A DNA stretch of 60,194 nucleotides, filler included, from Bipalium vagum (Eukaryota): the NCBI GenBank assembly GCA_037834085.1. It is 3 parts of 3 records of this genome, joined end to end, with 100 filler letters (N's around TTAATTAATTAA, not from the genome) between each part and the next. Parts side by side here need not be neighbours in the genome. Positions count along the whole stretch, not along the records: positions 1 to 15,760 come from JBBMKC010147322.1; positions 15,861 to 42,568 come from JBBMKC010134027.1; 1 more part is not named here. The stretch is one strand, 5' to 3'. Position numbers and translations under genes: made by a program. Positions 13,563-27,258 of the stretch are shown piece after piece. Within the stretch, counting starts at the first letter, position 1. Every line of letters starts with the position of its first letter. Under the pieces are notes generated by a model. That model saw only the letters and a list, made by a program, of their open reading frames with translations, did not search any database and was not told the origin of the DNA.

Positions 13563-14829
13563 CGAAAACAGTGACAGATGTCGTTTAAAACAAACCAATT
13601 TTAAAATTTTTGTTTTAATCGAAAAGATCTCAAGGCTCGCACATTGAATCAGATTAATTTTGACCGACCTTGTAATATAAAGTCCTAATCAAATATTTTT
13701 TTGTGTACAAATTCTGTTTATAAATATATAATATTTACCCACATAAGAGTGGCTTGTTCAGTTTATAGAGCTTATTTATAAATTAATTTCACCACACGTT
13801 AGGTATTTGGGACATTATTAATTATTAATCTTTTAATAATAATCATGACGTCATGATTAATTTGGTCCACAAATTGGGAAATTTGGAGGCGGCGCATATT
13901 GTTGACTCAACGGGAATAAAGGCTCTTTTTCAATGGTTTTGTGGCAAATAAATAAAGTAGAACAAGAAAAATAATATTATTTTAGCCGATTTTTAAATGA
14001 TTTTAGGAACATAAAATGTTTAAAGTATCAGTAAAAAATTAAATATAATTGGATTTGTTTTAATTGTCACTCGATATTTCAATGGATGAAAAAATTTTTC
14101 AATCACATTTTACTCGTGCAGATACTCGATTAATTGAATTTATGGAAGAACATTTTCTGAAATAGAAAATTCCTGGAAGAAATATTTTGAGCATACCTAG
14201 TGCCGGTTTACATGACTACAAATGTAGAATATATAGGAAAAAATTACCTTTGCAAATAGTCTCTGGTAATATTTAAAATTAATTTATAAATATTTAGAAA
14301 TGATTTATTTCTACAATAATTATTCTGGCAGCCAGTAGTCGTGAGAAAGAAAATTCTAGGCATTCTAGATTTTTTCCACTTTTGGAACTGGAATTAAATC
14401 TTGGTAAAGTCAATAATTTCTAATTTCATCTCTTTTATTATTTATAATATATTTAATTTTGTTTAAATACGATTTTTTTATTTGATATTTAAAATTAAAC
14501 ATTAAATAATAAAAAATAATATTTTAAATATATATTTCATTAATTATGTTGGGTTCTATGTTCCAAAATCAATTTAAGGTCTGTTATAATAAAGTCGATA
14601 TACTTCGAATATTAAGGAAGATTGAAATAATAAGAGTCTTTATTACCGATTATTTCCTGCAAACAGGGTTTTCTTATGGATTCAAGAGAGATAAAAATGT
14701 TTTGAATTTTTAGATCCTTGTAGAAAAATATCCTTACTCAAAATTTTGTATAATTCTAGGTGAATTAATATACTCAGTTTTCAATTAATTATTGGTTGTT
14801 TTGAATTTTCTCATCCAGGGATTATTTAA

Positions 14830-15110
14830 TTATGTATAGAATTGTCAAACTGAATGAAAATAGATGGAGAATTATTGCGATTACTGAAAATTTTGATGAG
14901 ATATCTGAAGGAGAATGTATTATTGGCGGACAGACATGATAAGATAATTTTACTACACGATAACGCCAGACCACATGTTCATTCTATTTTACTTAGAATT
15001 TGCAAACTGGGAAATCTTACATCACTTGCCATATTCACCAGATATTCTTCCGATTTCCGATGAAGACCTTCAAAAATGTGTTAAGATCTTAAAATGATGT
15101 AAAATATGTG
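14830..15110 (+). pseudogene. mariner transposase relic
   Basis: ORF 14854-15063 contains [16 protein letters not shown]. Confidence 0.75.
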
Positions 15111-15523
15111 GAGCTTTATGTTTAGATCTTAACGGAGAAGGTTGCTTTTAATTAAGTCAACTGAGAAAAAATTTAAATTTACAAAGTATATTTTTAATAA
15201 AATAATATGATTTTACAAAATCGTGATGATCGTCCTTGATAAATATTTAATTTGGGCTGTTATTATTATTAGGGGCTTTAATTAAGAAAAATTCTCTCTC
15301 TCTTAGGCTCAGAGATCCTTAATAAAGAAAAACAATTTATTTCACCGCCCTACTTAGCGTGTGAAATAAGAACAGAAAAAAGAAAAATTAAAGAAATGGG
15401 AGATTAAAAAATTACTTGATCCTTAAATCCTGGGTTGAGTATTTATTTACTTATTAAGAACAAACTTTGTTTTGTCTAACAAAACAAGTTCGCTTTAATT
15501 TATTGGGTTAAATTATATAAATA

Positions 15524-15760
15524 CAGTATCTGCAAAAAGTATTCGTACGATCACGAAAAACATGTTATATAAATTAACTTTGATTTCTTTCAGCAATAAA
15601 AGCATTTTAATGGGTCGTAGGTCAAAAGAATACTCGATTGACTTCAGAAATGCAATTCTGCAATTAAGAAATGAGGGAAATAACATTGGTCGGATCTCCT
15701 CATTGCTTCATTGTCCGAAGTCAACTGTTCAATCATTGTTGAATAAATATTTCCGTGATG
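15524..15760 (+). mobile_element. Tc1-like element 5' end, cut by the spacer
   Basis: TA|CAGTATCTGCAAAAAGTATTCGTAC TIR-like start. ATG at 15610 reads MGRRSKEYSIDFRNAILQLRNEG...CPKSTVQSLLNKY, a paired-like HTH. Confidence 0.75.
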
Positions 15761-15860
15761 NNNNNNNNNNNNNNNNNNNNNNNNNNNNNNNNNNNNNNNN
15801 NNNNTTAATTAATTAANNNNNNNNNNNNNNNNNNNNNNNNNNNNNNNNNNNNNNNNNNNN
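15761..15860. other. artificial 100-nt contig-joining spacer with six-frame stops
   Basis: 44 N + TTAATTAATTAA + 44 N, identical in design to 42569-42668. Confidence 0.93.
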
Positions 15861-16347
15861 TTTACATAATATGTATACTTCGATTTAACGAAACTTTGAT
15901 ATAACGAAGTAATTTGATCGGTCCCTTGAAATTCGTTTATATTTATGTGTGTGTGTGTGTGTGTTTATAATAACAGACAAACTGCCCATTATAAAAATTT
16001 AATACAAGAAAATCTTATTACTGAAAATTGCAAAATATCTAACTATTTCGAATAGTTATAAAAAGAAGAAGGAATTAAAATTGGAACTAATTTGGACGAC
16101 AGAAGTCAATTTTGAAAGATAATAGTAAGTTATATTTATTTTAAAATCGAGCTTTCTTCAGAAGTTTCAAATTTGAGTACCTCAACAAAATCTTCTGATA
16201 ATGACAAAATTATTCCCATTGATAAAATCAATATTCCAAGTACCACTTTTTGTTAGAGATTCTTCAACATACAAATATGTCTCGCCATTAATTAGAGTTT
16301 TTAAAATCAAGGACAAAGAAAAAAATAAATTATATTCTATTATAATT

Positions 16348-17524
16348 CAGGGTACGGCGCTAGAATCCGGACTAAACACATTTTTTGTTTAGCTTATATA
16401 TTTATCATAGTAAAATAAATAATAAGAAATACTAATAGAATTTTTTTATTCATACATATTTGCTAAACCTTTTATAGTCAAAATATTCATCATTTGCCGT
16501 TATTACCTGCTCAATTCTTTTTCTGAAGTTCGAGCATGCTTTCTTTAGATGCTTATGGTTAATAATTCTGAATTTGGCTTCAATAGTCGCCCAAAGAGAA
16601 TTGGTATTTGGATGCCGGGACTTCTTTATCTGTCTTTCAATTACCCCCACATATGATAATCCAGGAGGTTTAGATCTGGACTGTTAGAAAGCCACAAATC
16701 ACTTGACCAAAAAAGACTAGTCTTCATCCAGGGTGTTACTGTAGTGATAAAACATTCAAATAAACCTACTTGGTGACGTTTTACCCTTCTGAAAAAATAA
16801 TGGTGACATAGCATTACCTTCATTCGAAATCACACTGAGGACATGGACAATAGCTGGAAATTTTGTCTTTTATACCACAGGCACATCCTTAGGGTGTTGA
16901 GCAAGCCACTGGTCATTCCTTCTTTTTACTTTTTCATTCACAGTGAAATTCTTTTCATCTGAGAAAAAACGGATGCGGCATAAAGCTTCGTGTTTAAGAC
17001 AGGAAGGAGCACTTTGTAGCTGGAAACTATTCTTAGCTTGATGGTCTCAGAGATCATCTGTTGGACCTTTCGATTGTAAGAGGTATACCTAAGATCCTCC
17101 TTAGCTAAATGACACATTGTTCTTTCACTCATTTTCAAGATCGATACCATTTTTCGCATTGGGGTTCCTGAGTCCTTCCTTATCATATTGTTAGCTCTTG
17201 TGATAACTTGTACATCCTTTTAGTTTCTTTCTGGTTTAAATCTTCCTTGATGGAGTGGCAGTAGCCTCTTCAGATTTGTTTGAGATCGTGCATTTGTTTG
17301 CTACATTGTACACTGTAAATTTCGCGTGTCTGAAAAATCCAAGCATAAAGAATTTCGATAATCGCAGCTCTTTTATTGTACTCATTCAGATTTCGTATTT
17401 TAAAGGCCATTCGATATAATATTAAAATTATTGATCTAAACAACAAATATTTAAGCAATCCATAATTTCTAATATTATAGATATCTCAATTTTATTTTTA
17501 TCCTGATTCTAGTGCTGCACCCTG
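16348..17524 (-). mobile_element. maT (DD37D-type) Tc1/mariner element, both ends present, decayed
   Basis: TIRs CAGGGTACGGCGCTAGAATCCGGA / TCCTGATTCTAGTGCTGCACCCTG|TA. Motifs FSDEKNF, WLSNSPDLNLLDYHMWG and ACSNFRKRIEQVITANDEYF. Confidence 0.82.
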
Positions 17525-17539
17525 TAGTTTCCCAAACTT

Positions 17540-18500
17540 TTAACAATTAATAATTCTTCATAGAAAAATTGATGGTGTTTGGAAAAATCAATCTTCTATT
17601 CATTATTGAACATCTTCATAATTCTTGAAGCCCTGCTACAGCAGGCTGTTTGCGATGGACCGACACAGTGAGTAATCTGGCGGAACAATGATGTGAGTAC
17701 AACGGGTGAGTTAATACTTCCCAATTTTCATAATCTGATTTTTACAATTTTGGAAAAATCAGACTAGGCTTTTTATGTAGTAATATCACTTTCTCCTCCT
17801 GACAGACTATACTGGTGATTTTGCTCTGAGTTTTTGACTTAAATGTATAACTTGATTTTCATAACGAATGTCGGTGATAGTTTCTCTTGGTTTCAGTAGC
17901 TAATAGTAAATAATACCTTTTAGATCTCACATGCACACAAAATCACTTTTTGTTCATGAAAACTCCGTTTTACTGTTGAAGTGATTGGCTGGTCTGGATG
18001 AACTCACTATCGTTTACGCTTACGATTACTAAAATAAATCCACTTTTCATCTCCAATGATGATGTGGTGAAGAAAATACTTTCTTTTATTTTCTAAATCA
18101 AAATTTCGCAAGTGATTTTTTCTTCTGGTTCCACTTTCATTCCTACTGAATCATTCCCATATCATTTAAGTTGTTTGAAATCGCTTGTTGCGTTACAATC
18201 AGTAAAGCAACTAGTTGTTCTTTTGTTTTACTATTGCCTTCTACCAATATCAATTGTAGTTCAGTGTTTTTAAAATTTTTTGGTGATGTTTTATGATCAT
18301 TATCCTTCACATCAAATTCACCATTTTTGATTATTAAAATCATCCTCGACAGGTTCTTTTAGATAAAACCTGAATGCTATAAGCCTCTATAATTAACTTT
18401 TGTGCATCTGCAATACTTTTCTTTAAACTAAACATAAAATAACAACACATCCAGCAAATAGCGCTGATGCTGAAAAAACGATGTGACACATATTGCTTTA
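17540..18500 (-). pseudogene. mariner transposase relic
   Basis: Minus strand reads VTQQAISNNLNDMGMIQ, IIGDEKWIYF, and EVLTHPLYS..PPDYSLCRSIANSL. Confidence 0.75.
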
Positions 18501-19989
18501 TTCTAGTGAGAAATATTTTACCTTTGAAAAAGTTCGAAATAGTTGAAATGATATACCTGGGGGATGTCCCAGATCACAATGAAAGCATCGGTATCTATTA
18601 TAATATTTGATTGAGTTTTAGACAAGGAACCATGTCCTTATTCTATCAGTTTTGTTTACTCTCACAATCATTATGAAAAATCAACAAAAAATTAGTTTGA
18701 TAATAATCAACCATATATTTCATTAAATATGGTTACAGTGAAAATTCCAATTGAGACCTTTATATAAATTAAATTTATAAATGCTGTCTTCTAACATTGA
18801 ATTTCGCTTATAATTCACAGTTTCGGGTCAACCGTAAATCAGTATAATCAAATAAATGGAAAGAAAAAACTCCGAAATCCTGTAATAATAATTCAATTAA
18901 CATTATCAAACTTATGAGTGGTGAAGATGGTTAAAGTTTTTATAAAATGAAAAATTTTGTTTTTTAAAATTTAAATCCTCGGGAAAAATTATAGATTTAT
19001 TGAAGCATGTGAAATTTTAATTATCTAAGATGAGGTAATGATAAACAAAAGGTATTCTTTAGATAGGGGATTAAAGGAACAAGATTAATGTAGTATGCAT
19101 CAAGAAGGGTCAATCTCGAATAATATAAGCTATTATAATAATAAAATAAAAATGAGATTGTTGAAATAAACTAATTAGTAATTTTTTTCGAATTATATAT
19201 TTTTATTAATTACAGTAAGTTTGAAAATTTGATATAAATCTTCTTAAAAATATTATTTATGGGATCATAGAAATATTAAAACAAAACAATATTAAAAAAA
19301 TAATTAAATTAAAATCAGATTAATTTCTAAAACGTGTTTTCACAAATAAAAAGTTATTTTTGTTCATTAAAATTAATTATGCTAATAATGATTTAGAAAA
19401 ATTATTATTGATTTTTAATTATTTTCACTATTAATTTGATTTGTTTAGAAAAATTATTTTTTTACAAAAGTTGCAAAACGTAAATGTTCTAATGCATAAT
19501 TCTGTCATTATTATGATTGATAATGTATATTTATTATTTATTTAAAAAGTAATAAATTGTAAAAAATTATAAAAAATTTAAAGAAAAAATTATAAATATA
19601 TCAAAAAATATTTTTAAAAAAATGATAACTCTTTCTTTAATTTGATTAATTGATCATAAGACTTTAAAAAATCTGATATATTATTAATTAAAATCGGTTT
19701 CTAGAGCAGACTTGAAGAAGTTTTGAAAACTGAAGTTCAGTGGTTCATCAAAAGTAAAATGTTAAAACTTTTTAAAAAAATATTTTACTTCTAACTATTT
19801 TCTTAAAGAATATTTTGCAAATGATACTTTCAAATCCTTTTGAGAATCAGCTTTAGAATATTCTTAGATATATCAATGAACATGTCATTATTAACATTAT
19901 TAGTATTTATTAATGAGAGCTATTTTTTCTAGCTACTTAATCTAGCAATTTTAAATCTGTGTTTAGCTTACATTTATAACATTTTATTT

Positions 19990-20150
19990 TTTCATTACAG
20001 CACTTGAAAACTTACGAAGATGCGCCAAAATGGGTGTCCGAGTGATTCACTTGGAAATCACAGAAATTCTGTTGGAACGGTATCAATAAGCTGACTGAAA
20101 AATGAGGGAAATATATGAATTGCAATGGATCTTTCTTTGAATACATTATT
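19990..20150 (+). pseudogene. mariner C-terminal fragment
   Basis: FCWNGINKLTEK*GKYMNCNGSFFE. Confidence 0.55.
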
Positions 20151-22651
20151 TTTATACCGTTTAAATTATCACATTATTTATTTCTACCCCCTATATTAAT
20201 ACTGACAAATTAAGTATTTTTTATGTCTCTTTCAAATTATAAATAAAAAATAATCGTTCATTTTTTGGGAGAAAGCAAATATTGATAATTTGGATCAGCT
20301 TTTACTGAATATTCGAATATTTCGGCAATATCCACCGCAAAATGTTTTATGCAAATAAAACCGAATCAGAAAAAGTTCATTTTATAAAATTAAGTAAATA
20401 AATAATTTTCTTAAAAAGTTAAGATCAGAAACTGTTACTCTAAATTGATTAGGAAAATAATTAATAAAAGGTGCCAATTAAGTAGCATTTTAACATTAAA
20501 GGGCGATAAACCTGTGAATATTCAGTTTTCTTTACAAGAACTATTGCCATGTCTACTATTGTAGTTATTTCAAATTATAATATAATTATTTTTATTTCAG
20601 ATTTTGCAACGATTGTCGAGAAATAACGAGAGGGTTACGAAGTTGTAAAAATTTTTTTCATACTTGTTTTCTTGATTCCCATTTTTTAAAATACTGAAAT
20701 TTAAATAATAAGGAGCATAAATTTCTGTTCTAATACTAAGAGACTAAAATGTCCACCTGTTATTTATAACCCAGAAACCCAGCTTTTGAGAGATTGTAGG
20801 AAGTTATGCTTATTAATCAAGTAATTTTTAAACATCTCGAAAAACATTATTTATCCTTAACAAATTAAAAACTTTGCATCTTGAAAGATTCTTTGTAATA
20901 ACATCATCTACAATTACTAAGCTCTGTGATCTTATGAAGAAACTTAACATGATTCTGGATAAGTAAACTGTCATAACTCAAATCGACTATGAAAAGAGTA
21001 TATAAAATTAAGATCAAATTTCAGGGACATGTCTCAGTAGCCATGACTTCAATATTTTGTATCTATATTTTATGCATAATAGTTTAATATTATCGGATTA
21101 TTTACACAGTACAATATTTATGATCATTATTAAGAAGAGATTGTTAAAGTCATTTTTTCAATAAAATGGTAAATCTCAATATTATGGTTTATGGGTTCGA
21201 CGCTTAGTTGATGAAAAATTTCAGAACAAAATTAGAAGTCGAAAAGCAGACAGATTTGAATTTCTATATTTCTCATAAAAATTAAAGAATCCTGTTTACC
21301 GTGATCCAATTGTTACTATTATTAACTTGAACACTCAAGAGTGATCTAAAATCAAACATTAACCAATCATTTTATATTAGAAAACAAGAAAATGTTTTAA
21401 AAAAGAAAATAAAAAGACAAAAATTTCTAGAAAAATTTAGACTCTTAAAAATTGTTCAGATTAATTAAAACAAATTAAAAACATTACTCATGTAAAGAAA
21501 GGTAATAAATTATTTATCGAATGCAAATAAAATATTTAGTGTAACCCTATAATTATTTATAATAATATGGAAAGATTATTGAAATTAATGTCTTTTTTAT
21601 TTGTTGTCAAGAATGTGATATCAGCTTATTTATTTTATTTTTGATAATAAACAACATCTTTTGGCTGAAAGATTATTCGTAAATAACAATAAACTAAACA
21701 ATTATTTGACGAGAAACAAAGTCTACTTTTTATTTACCCAAGCCGCTTTTGCTATTAACTGAGAAATAAAATAACACTCAAATGACATTAAACAAACTTT
21801 AATGTCAGACAAAAATATTTTCAACAATCCTTTTATGAAAAAAAAGGAAAATATAATATGACAAAATAAAAAAAAATTAATTATTCCCTTTGAAAGTTTC
21901 AGATTTTTATTTTAAAACGTTTAATTGGATTTTTTTAATATTTAAAATAATCAATTGTTCACAATGTTGTGGTCTCATTATTATTTCCGAAGTATAATAT
22001 TGAATTTTTATCAAATCAAAGGGAATGGTTTTCCGATATTTTATGAAGAAGAAATAAAAAATATATTTACTAAAAGACTTTTCCGAAAACATGGCACAAA
22101 GAGAAGTTTACATAATAATTCGCTTCACTGATTTTTTACCATTCAAACAGACTTTGAAATTGCAATGAAGAGAAATTCTAATTTTGATATTTGTCCTTGG
22201 TACAATCTACAGTAAAACTTTAAAATACAGAAGAGTTTATTTTAAAAAAAATAATACACAAAAATTTGCCAGATGGCAAATCCAATTTTAGCTCCTTCTT
22301 ATTTTTGCTTCTTTCATCCGTAGTTGATAGGCTAAGTTTATCTTTCCTTGTTTTCTGAAAAAGTTTTCGCAAAGACGCTTCTTACTAAATGAAGTATTGA
22401 AAGCCTGCTTCTTGTTGCTGACTTTTCAGATCTTGGCTTTTTCTTTGACGTCCCCCACTTGACCATTTTTCTTGAATTTATGTTCGATCTGGGGTTTGTC
22501 GATGTCGGTTGATGCGCCGACGATCGAAAGTTTTGCCAAATTAAAGTCAGTTTGGCCTCCATCGCATCTAATCTTTTGATGATGGACTTTTTTCTCCTTG
22601 CTTTACGCTCCTACATACTCCTCACTTCTTCCATTGTTTTAAAATTTTTCA

Positions 22652-25202
22652 CTGGATGATCCGGAAAGTATTTTTCGTTTTTTAAAAAGAAATTCAAAAG
22701 TTTAGAATTTTTAAAATACATTTATTTAATCCAAATATAGCTGCCATTGTTATTTACGACCTCTTTCCATCTATTTGGAAAAGAAAAAAAAATCCGAAGT
22801 TCCAAAAATCGTTTTTCCTGGTATTTAAAAAAACACTTCCAAGTGAAATTTTACATCTTCCACATTACTGAAACTCTGATCCCTGAGTGAGTTCTATAAT
22901 GATCTTAACACATGATAATCTGATGGTGCAAGGTCTTGGGAGTACGTAGATGCTGCAAATTTTCCCAGTCAATCTTCTACAGCTTCGTCTTGGTGATCAT
23001 TGGGATCTGGCATTGTCATGATGGAATACAACACCTTTTCTATTAGGTGTAGGCAAAGTTTAAGTTCATTTTTAAAAAACATTAAATGTTATTAAAAAGG
23101 TAATAAATTTATTTTTATACGATAGGGATTTAAAAAATCAGTCATCAACATAATATCTATTATTGGAAATCACATTTTGCCATCTATCAGGTAATTGTCG
23201 AATCTCGAACAATAAAAAGATATTATTTTTGACCCAAGATAATTCTTGAAAAAATCTCGTATCTGTTCAGTATTTTTGAAACGATATCCGGCTAATTCAT
23301 ATTGCATTTAGCGATACAGATGAAAATCTGTAGAAGCAAGGTCTGGAGAATTAGCCAAGTGAGGAAGAACTTCCCAGCCTAACTGTAAAATTGTTTCTTG
23401 ATTATGTTTCGCTACATGCGGTCTGGCATTGTCATGTAGCAGGACAATCTTATGCGATCCTTGCCCGAAAAAAGGTCTTTTTCTCTATTTGTTTTGCCAA
23501 ATGCAGCAATTGTTTGCTATTTAACGTTCCGCATTAATGGTTTCACCAGTTTGGAGGAGGTCACGATGAATGGGTCCTTTCTCATCCCACCAGATGTAAA
23601 GGAGTACTTTTTTATTGTTTTGACAACTGAAGGAGCTGGCATTCCAGGGTCCACCCACGAATGTTTGTGTTTTGGATTATTGTAATTAATCCATTTTTCA
23701 TCTCCACTGACGATTCTTCATAAAAAGTTTTTCTTTATTTGTCAAGCAATAAGAGATGCGCATGTTGTCAATCGGCATAAAATATTGCTTTCGGAAAGTT
23801 CGTGCGGAATCTACTTTCCAACCTTCTGAATTTTTCCCATGTCGTGTAACCGTCTTCCGACAGTTCTTTGATCAACGGAAAGTTGTTCAGTGAGTTCTGC
23901 TTGCGTCTGTGCTGTATTTTCATTCAGTAGCTCTTCCAATTTGTCTGATTCCAATATCTGTGGAGCACCACTTTTGGGTCGATTGGTAACATCAAAATTT
24001 CTGTCTTTGAATAGACGATACCAGTATTTACATGTACCGCGGGAAACGGCATTATTACCAAGAACGATACATATTGATTTAAATGCCTGGGACGCATTTT
24101 TGCTTTGATAAAATTCATATCTTATTATATTCATTATTCATATCTCATTTTGAAGACTGATATTTTTGTTTTTATACAAAAATTAAGTATAAAATTAATA
24201 TATTTAAAAAATTTAATATATTGATTACCGATGTAAACTTTCACGGTAGTTATTTGATAATATTTTCATTAGTAAAACAACAATGAAAAAATGGTTTAAG
24301 ACTTATGCCTATACCTAATAATTGGCAAATGAATTCGCTTTTCTACAATAGAAGCATGTATTTTTTTAGTTTGTTACAAAAAGCCTCGGAATATATTGTT
24401 TCATTGCTCGGAAGTAGCTCATAATAGAGAAACCATGCCAATCCCACAATAATGAAAACATTAGCTTTTTGGGATGTAATCCCGCCTCTGATATCGGTAA
24501 TGGTGGTTCACTCCTTTTAGCTAGGATCTTTTTCTTGTAACATTACAATATCGGATCCACTTTTCATCTCCTGTTATCAACTATTTCAAAATTGGCTGAA
24601 GCTTATTCCTTTTTAGCAATGATTCACAGATTTTCATGCGGTCAATTAAATGACATTCTGAGAGTGTTTGTGTAATCCAACAATTCAGGTTACTCACAAA
24701 GCATATCCTCCTTAGGTGGTTATTTGTAGTTGTTTTGGAGACTGAAAGTTTCTCACTAATTTCCTGACATGTCAACCCAGAGTTTGATATTACCAGCTCT
24801 CTCAAAATATCATCAACAATGACATTGGATCTACCTGACCGGGTAGTGTTTTTTATAAATGTTTCACCAGAATGAAATTTCTGGAACCAATAATGCACTT
24901 CTCATTCAGATACTACACATTCCCCATAAGCATTACATTTGTAATGAGCTACAACAGTAGGCTTTTTTCCTTTCGAAAGAAGTAGTGCATTTTGCATATC
25001 AGATGCTGCTTTGTGATGTCCATTATTATGTATATAAATAATCAATTTTTAAGAAAAATTACTTGATTAAATTTCATTAATTTATAACCTTACTTATATT
25101 CTTTCAAAATATTCGCACAGAAATTAAATGACGCTCTTATTATTTAAAAAAACAATAAAATTCTAATGATCAAAAAATGAAAAAACTTTCCGGATCACCC
25201 AA
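22652..25202 (-). mobile_element. outer mariner element (about 1.27 kb after removing the nested insert), decayed
   Basis: TIRs CTGGATGATCCGGAAAGT / ACTTTCCGGATCACCCAA|TA. ATG at 25023. Motifs WFQKFHSG, ITGDEKWI, and HHDNAR after the insertion point. Confidence 0.85.
23043..24318 (-). mobile_element. inner mariner element (1276 bp) nested in the outer mariner
   Basis: TA|TTAGGTGTAGGCA...TGCCTATACCTAA|TA. Transposase motifs [32 protein letters not shown], and [11 protein letters not shown]. Several stops. Confidence 0.92.
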
Positions 25203-27258
25203 TATATACATACATGTATAGATAGATTATCGATGAAACTACTTATAAAAATATTAATTCAATCTGCATTATTTAAACACTTATTTGTTCGAAAAAATAG
25301 TCGTCATTAAAACCAATCCAAAGAACAACAAACAGTATTCCGGTACATAATACCAGGCTAACTAACAGGAAAACAAGTTTTACACAGAAATTTGCAAATG
25401 CCGATTTGTGGCTCAATGAAATTTTAGGCATTTTTCCAAATTCAGTCAAGTGTTAAAAATTATCCATGGTGTTACTGATTTGAATGTTATCAGTTGGATT
25501 AACTGAAGATAAAACACAACAGATATTTATTTCACAAAACAAGTTCAGAGAGTTTTATGTGATCTCCATTAATCAAATAATAGAAAAGTTAATATTGCTT
25601 TTAGAAAAATGAGTTATAATAAAATTAATAAATAAATAAACTTTTAAATAAACTTTTTAATTCTCATGTCCACATAATAAGCTCTATTTTATGTGTCTTA
25701 AGCATTTTAGACGATGTCTTATGCCGAGCATCCATACTATTCATTGTCTCCCACTTAAAACTACCTTTACGTGATTTGTTAACCATGTTTTGTTAGTGTT
25801 CTCCAGATATTTTAATAAACATTCGTAAGTGTTTTTTATGTCTCTTTGTGTCTTCATTTATCATACGTCTCTTTCCCTTAAGATTCCTTACATATAAATT
25901 AGAACCTTGTCAAATTTTTGAGTCTTTCAACGATTTGTTAAATCTTAATACAAGACAGAATCTTGACTGATAGAATATATGTCAAATTACCCATACCTTC
26001 TCCATTTTAATGAGTTATGAATCAAATGGTTAGACCAAAATCTCAAAAGCTATAGAATATTGTTTATTCTTACAATAGTAATCATGAATAAAATTATCTG
26101 GATTTACGTGAAGAAAACATATTTTTAGGTTTCATAAAGTATATAACTTTGTAAATATTATTATTTAGCTTGTTTAAACAAAGGTACTCAAAATTAATAA
26201 TCATTTAGTAGAAATAATGAAAAATATTAAAACTTTATATTATAAAGAATTGTTTCAATAGGACATAAATCAGACATCAAAAGAAGTAACATTTGTTTGA
26301 ATTAAAAATAAATGTTACATATTAATTTATGTATTGTAAAACTATGGATACAGAAAGTAAAAAAGAAAAATAAAATCCACAATAAAATTATTAATGGACA
26401 AAGTTAGAATGATAGCGAGACTCCGTCTTTAAACTCTAGAAATTCGAACTTAACGATTAAATTTATTTATACTGAATTTATATTTTATTGTTGGTTAAAA
26501 AATAATTTTTGAGTTTCAGCTTAATACCGAAAAATGAAAAAACCAAATATTTTATTTATTCCCTGATTTCTTTTATTGAAGTTATTTAAACTATGAGACA
26601 TCTAATTCACAAAATTGAGAACTCAAATGTAACTAAAAAGCTTTAAAATTATTTAAACCCTATTTTAATTTTTAAAGCTTGTAAATATTTTAATATTAAC
26701 CAGTTATGCTTTATCTGACTTTTATGGTTAGATTCTACTGTAATACTACGAGTAAAGAAAATAATGAATGACATCAATAAAAATTATTTAGTTTCAAATC
26801 AAAATCAACAGAAAGGTCAATATTAATCATGAAACAACTCACAAACAATAGTCAATAGCCTTCTGAGTGACTCTCTTAAACATCTATCTATCACAAACGT
26901 AAACCGCCAATACATCCAAAATTAACTTTAAGATATTTAAAATTTGTGCGTCTTGAACGATAATTCAGAATGTTACAAAATTATTATTATTATTTTTATT
27001 ATGATTATTATTATGAAAATAGTTTTAAGGCCCAAAATTATTTACAAATAAAAGTTAAGTTTTAAACCTGATAAATACATTTTTAAATTGCAATAATTTT
27101 TTTAAAAATTAATAAAAATTCACAATAATTTTAAAAATCGAGTTCTTCACCAATTTCTTAAGCAGTGGAGTATGTTGTAAAGTATTTTTAATCTTTTAAT
27201 TCGCATATATTTTGTTAATTAATTTATTTAATTTAATATTCTCAAAAATTCATATATA

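Noticed and set aside
13563-13960. AU-rich destabilising elements in the PIM 3' UTR
   Set aside because: ATTTA motifs are not distinguishable from the AT-rich background.
25680-25950. Possible Penelope GIY-YIG remnant
   Set aside because: No intact diagnostic motif could be read.
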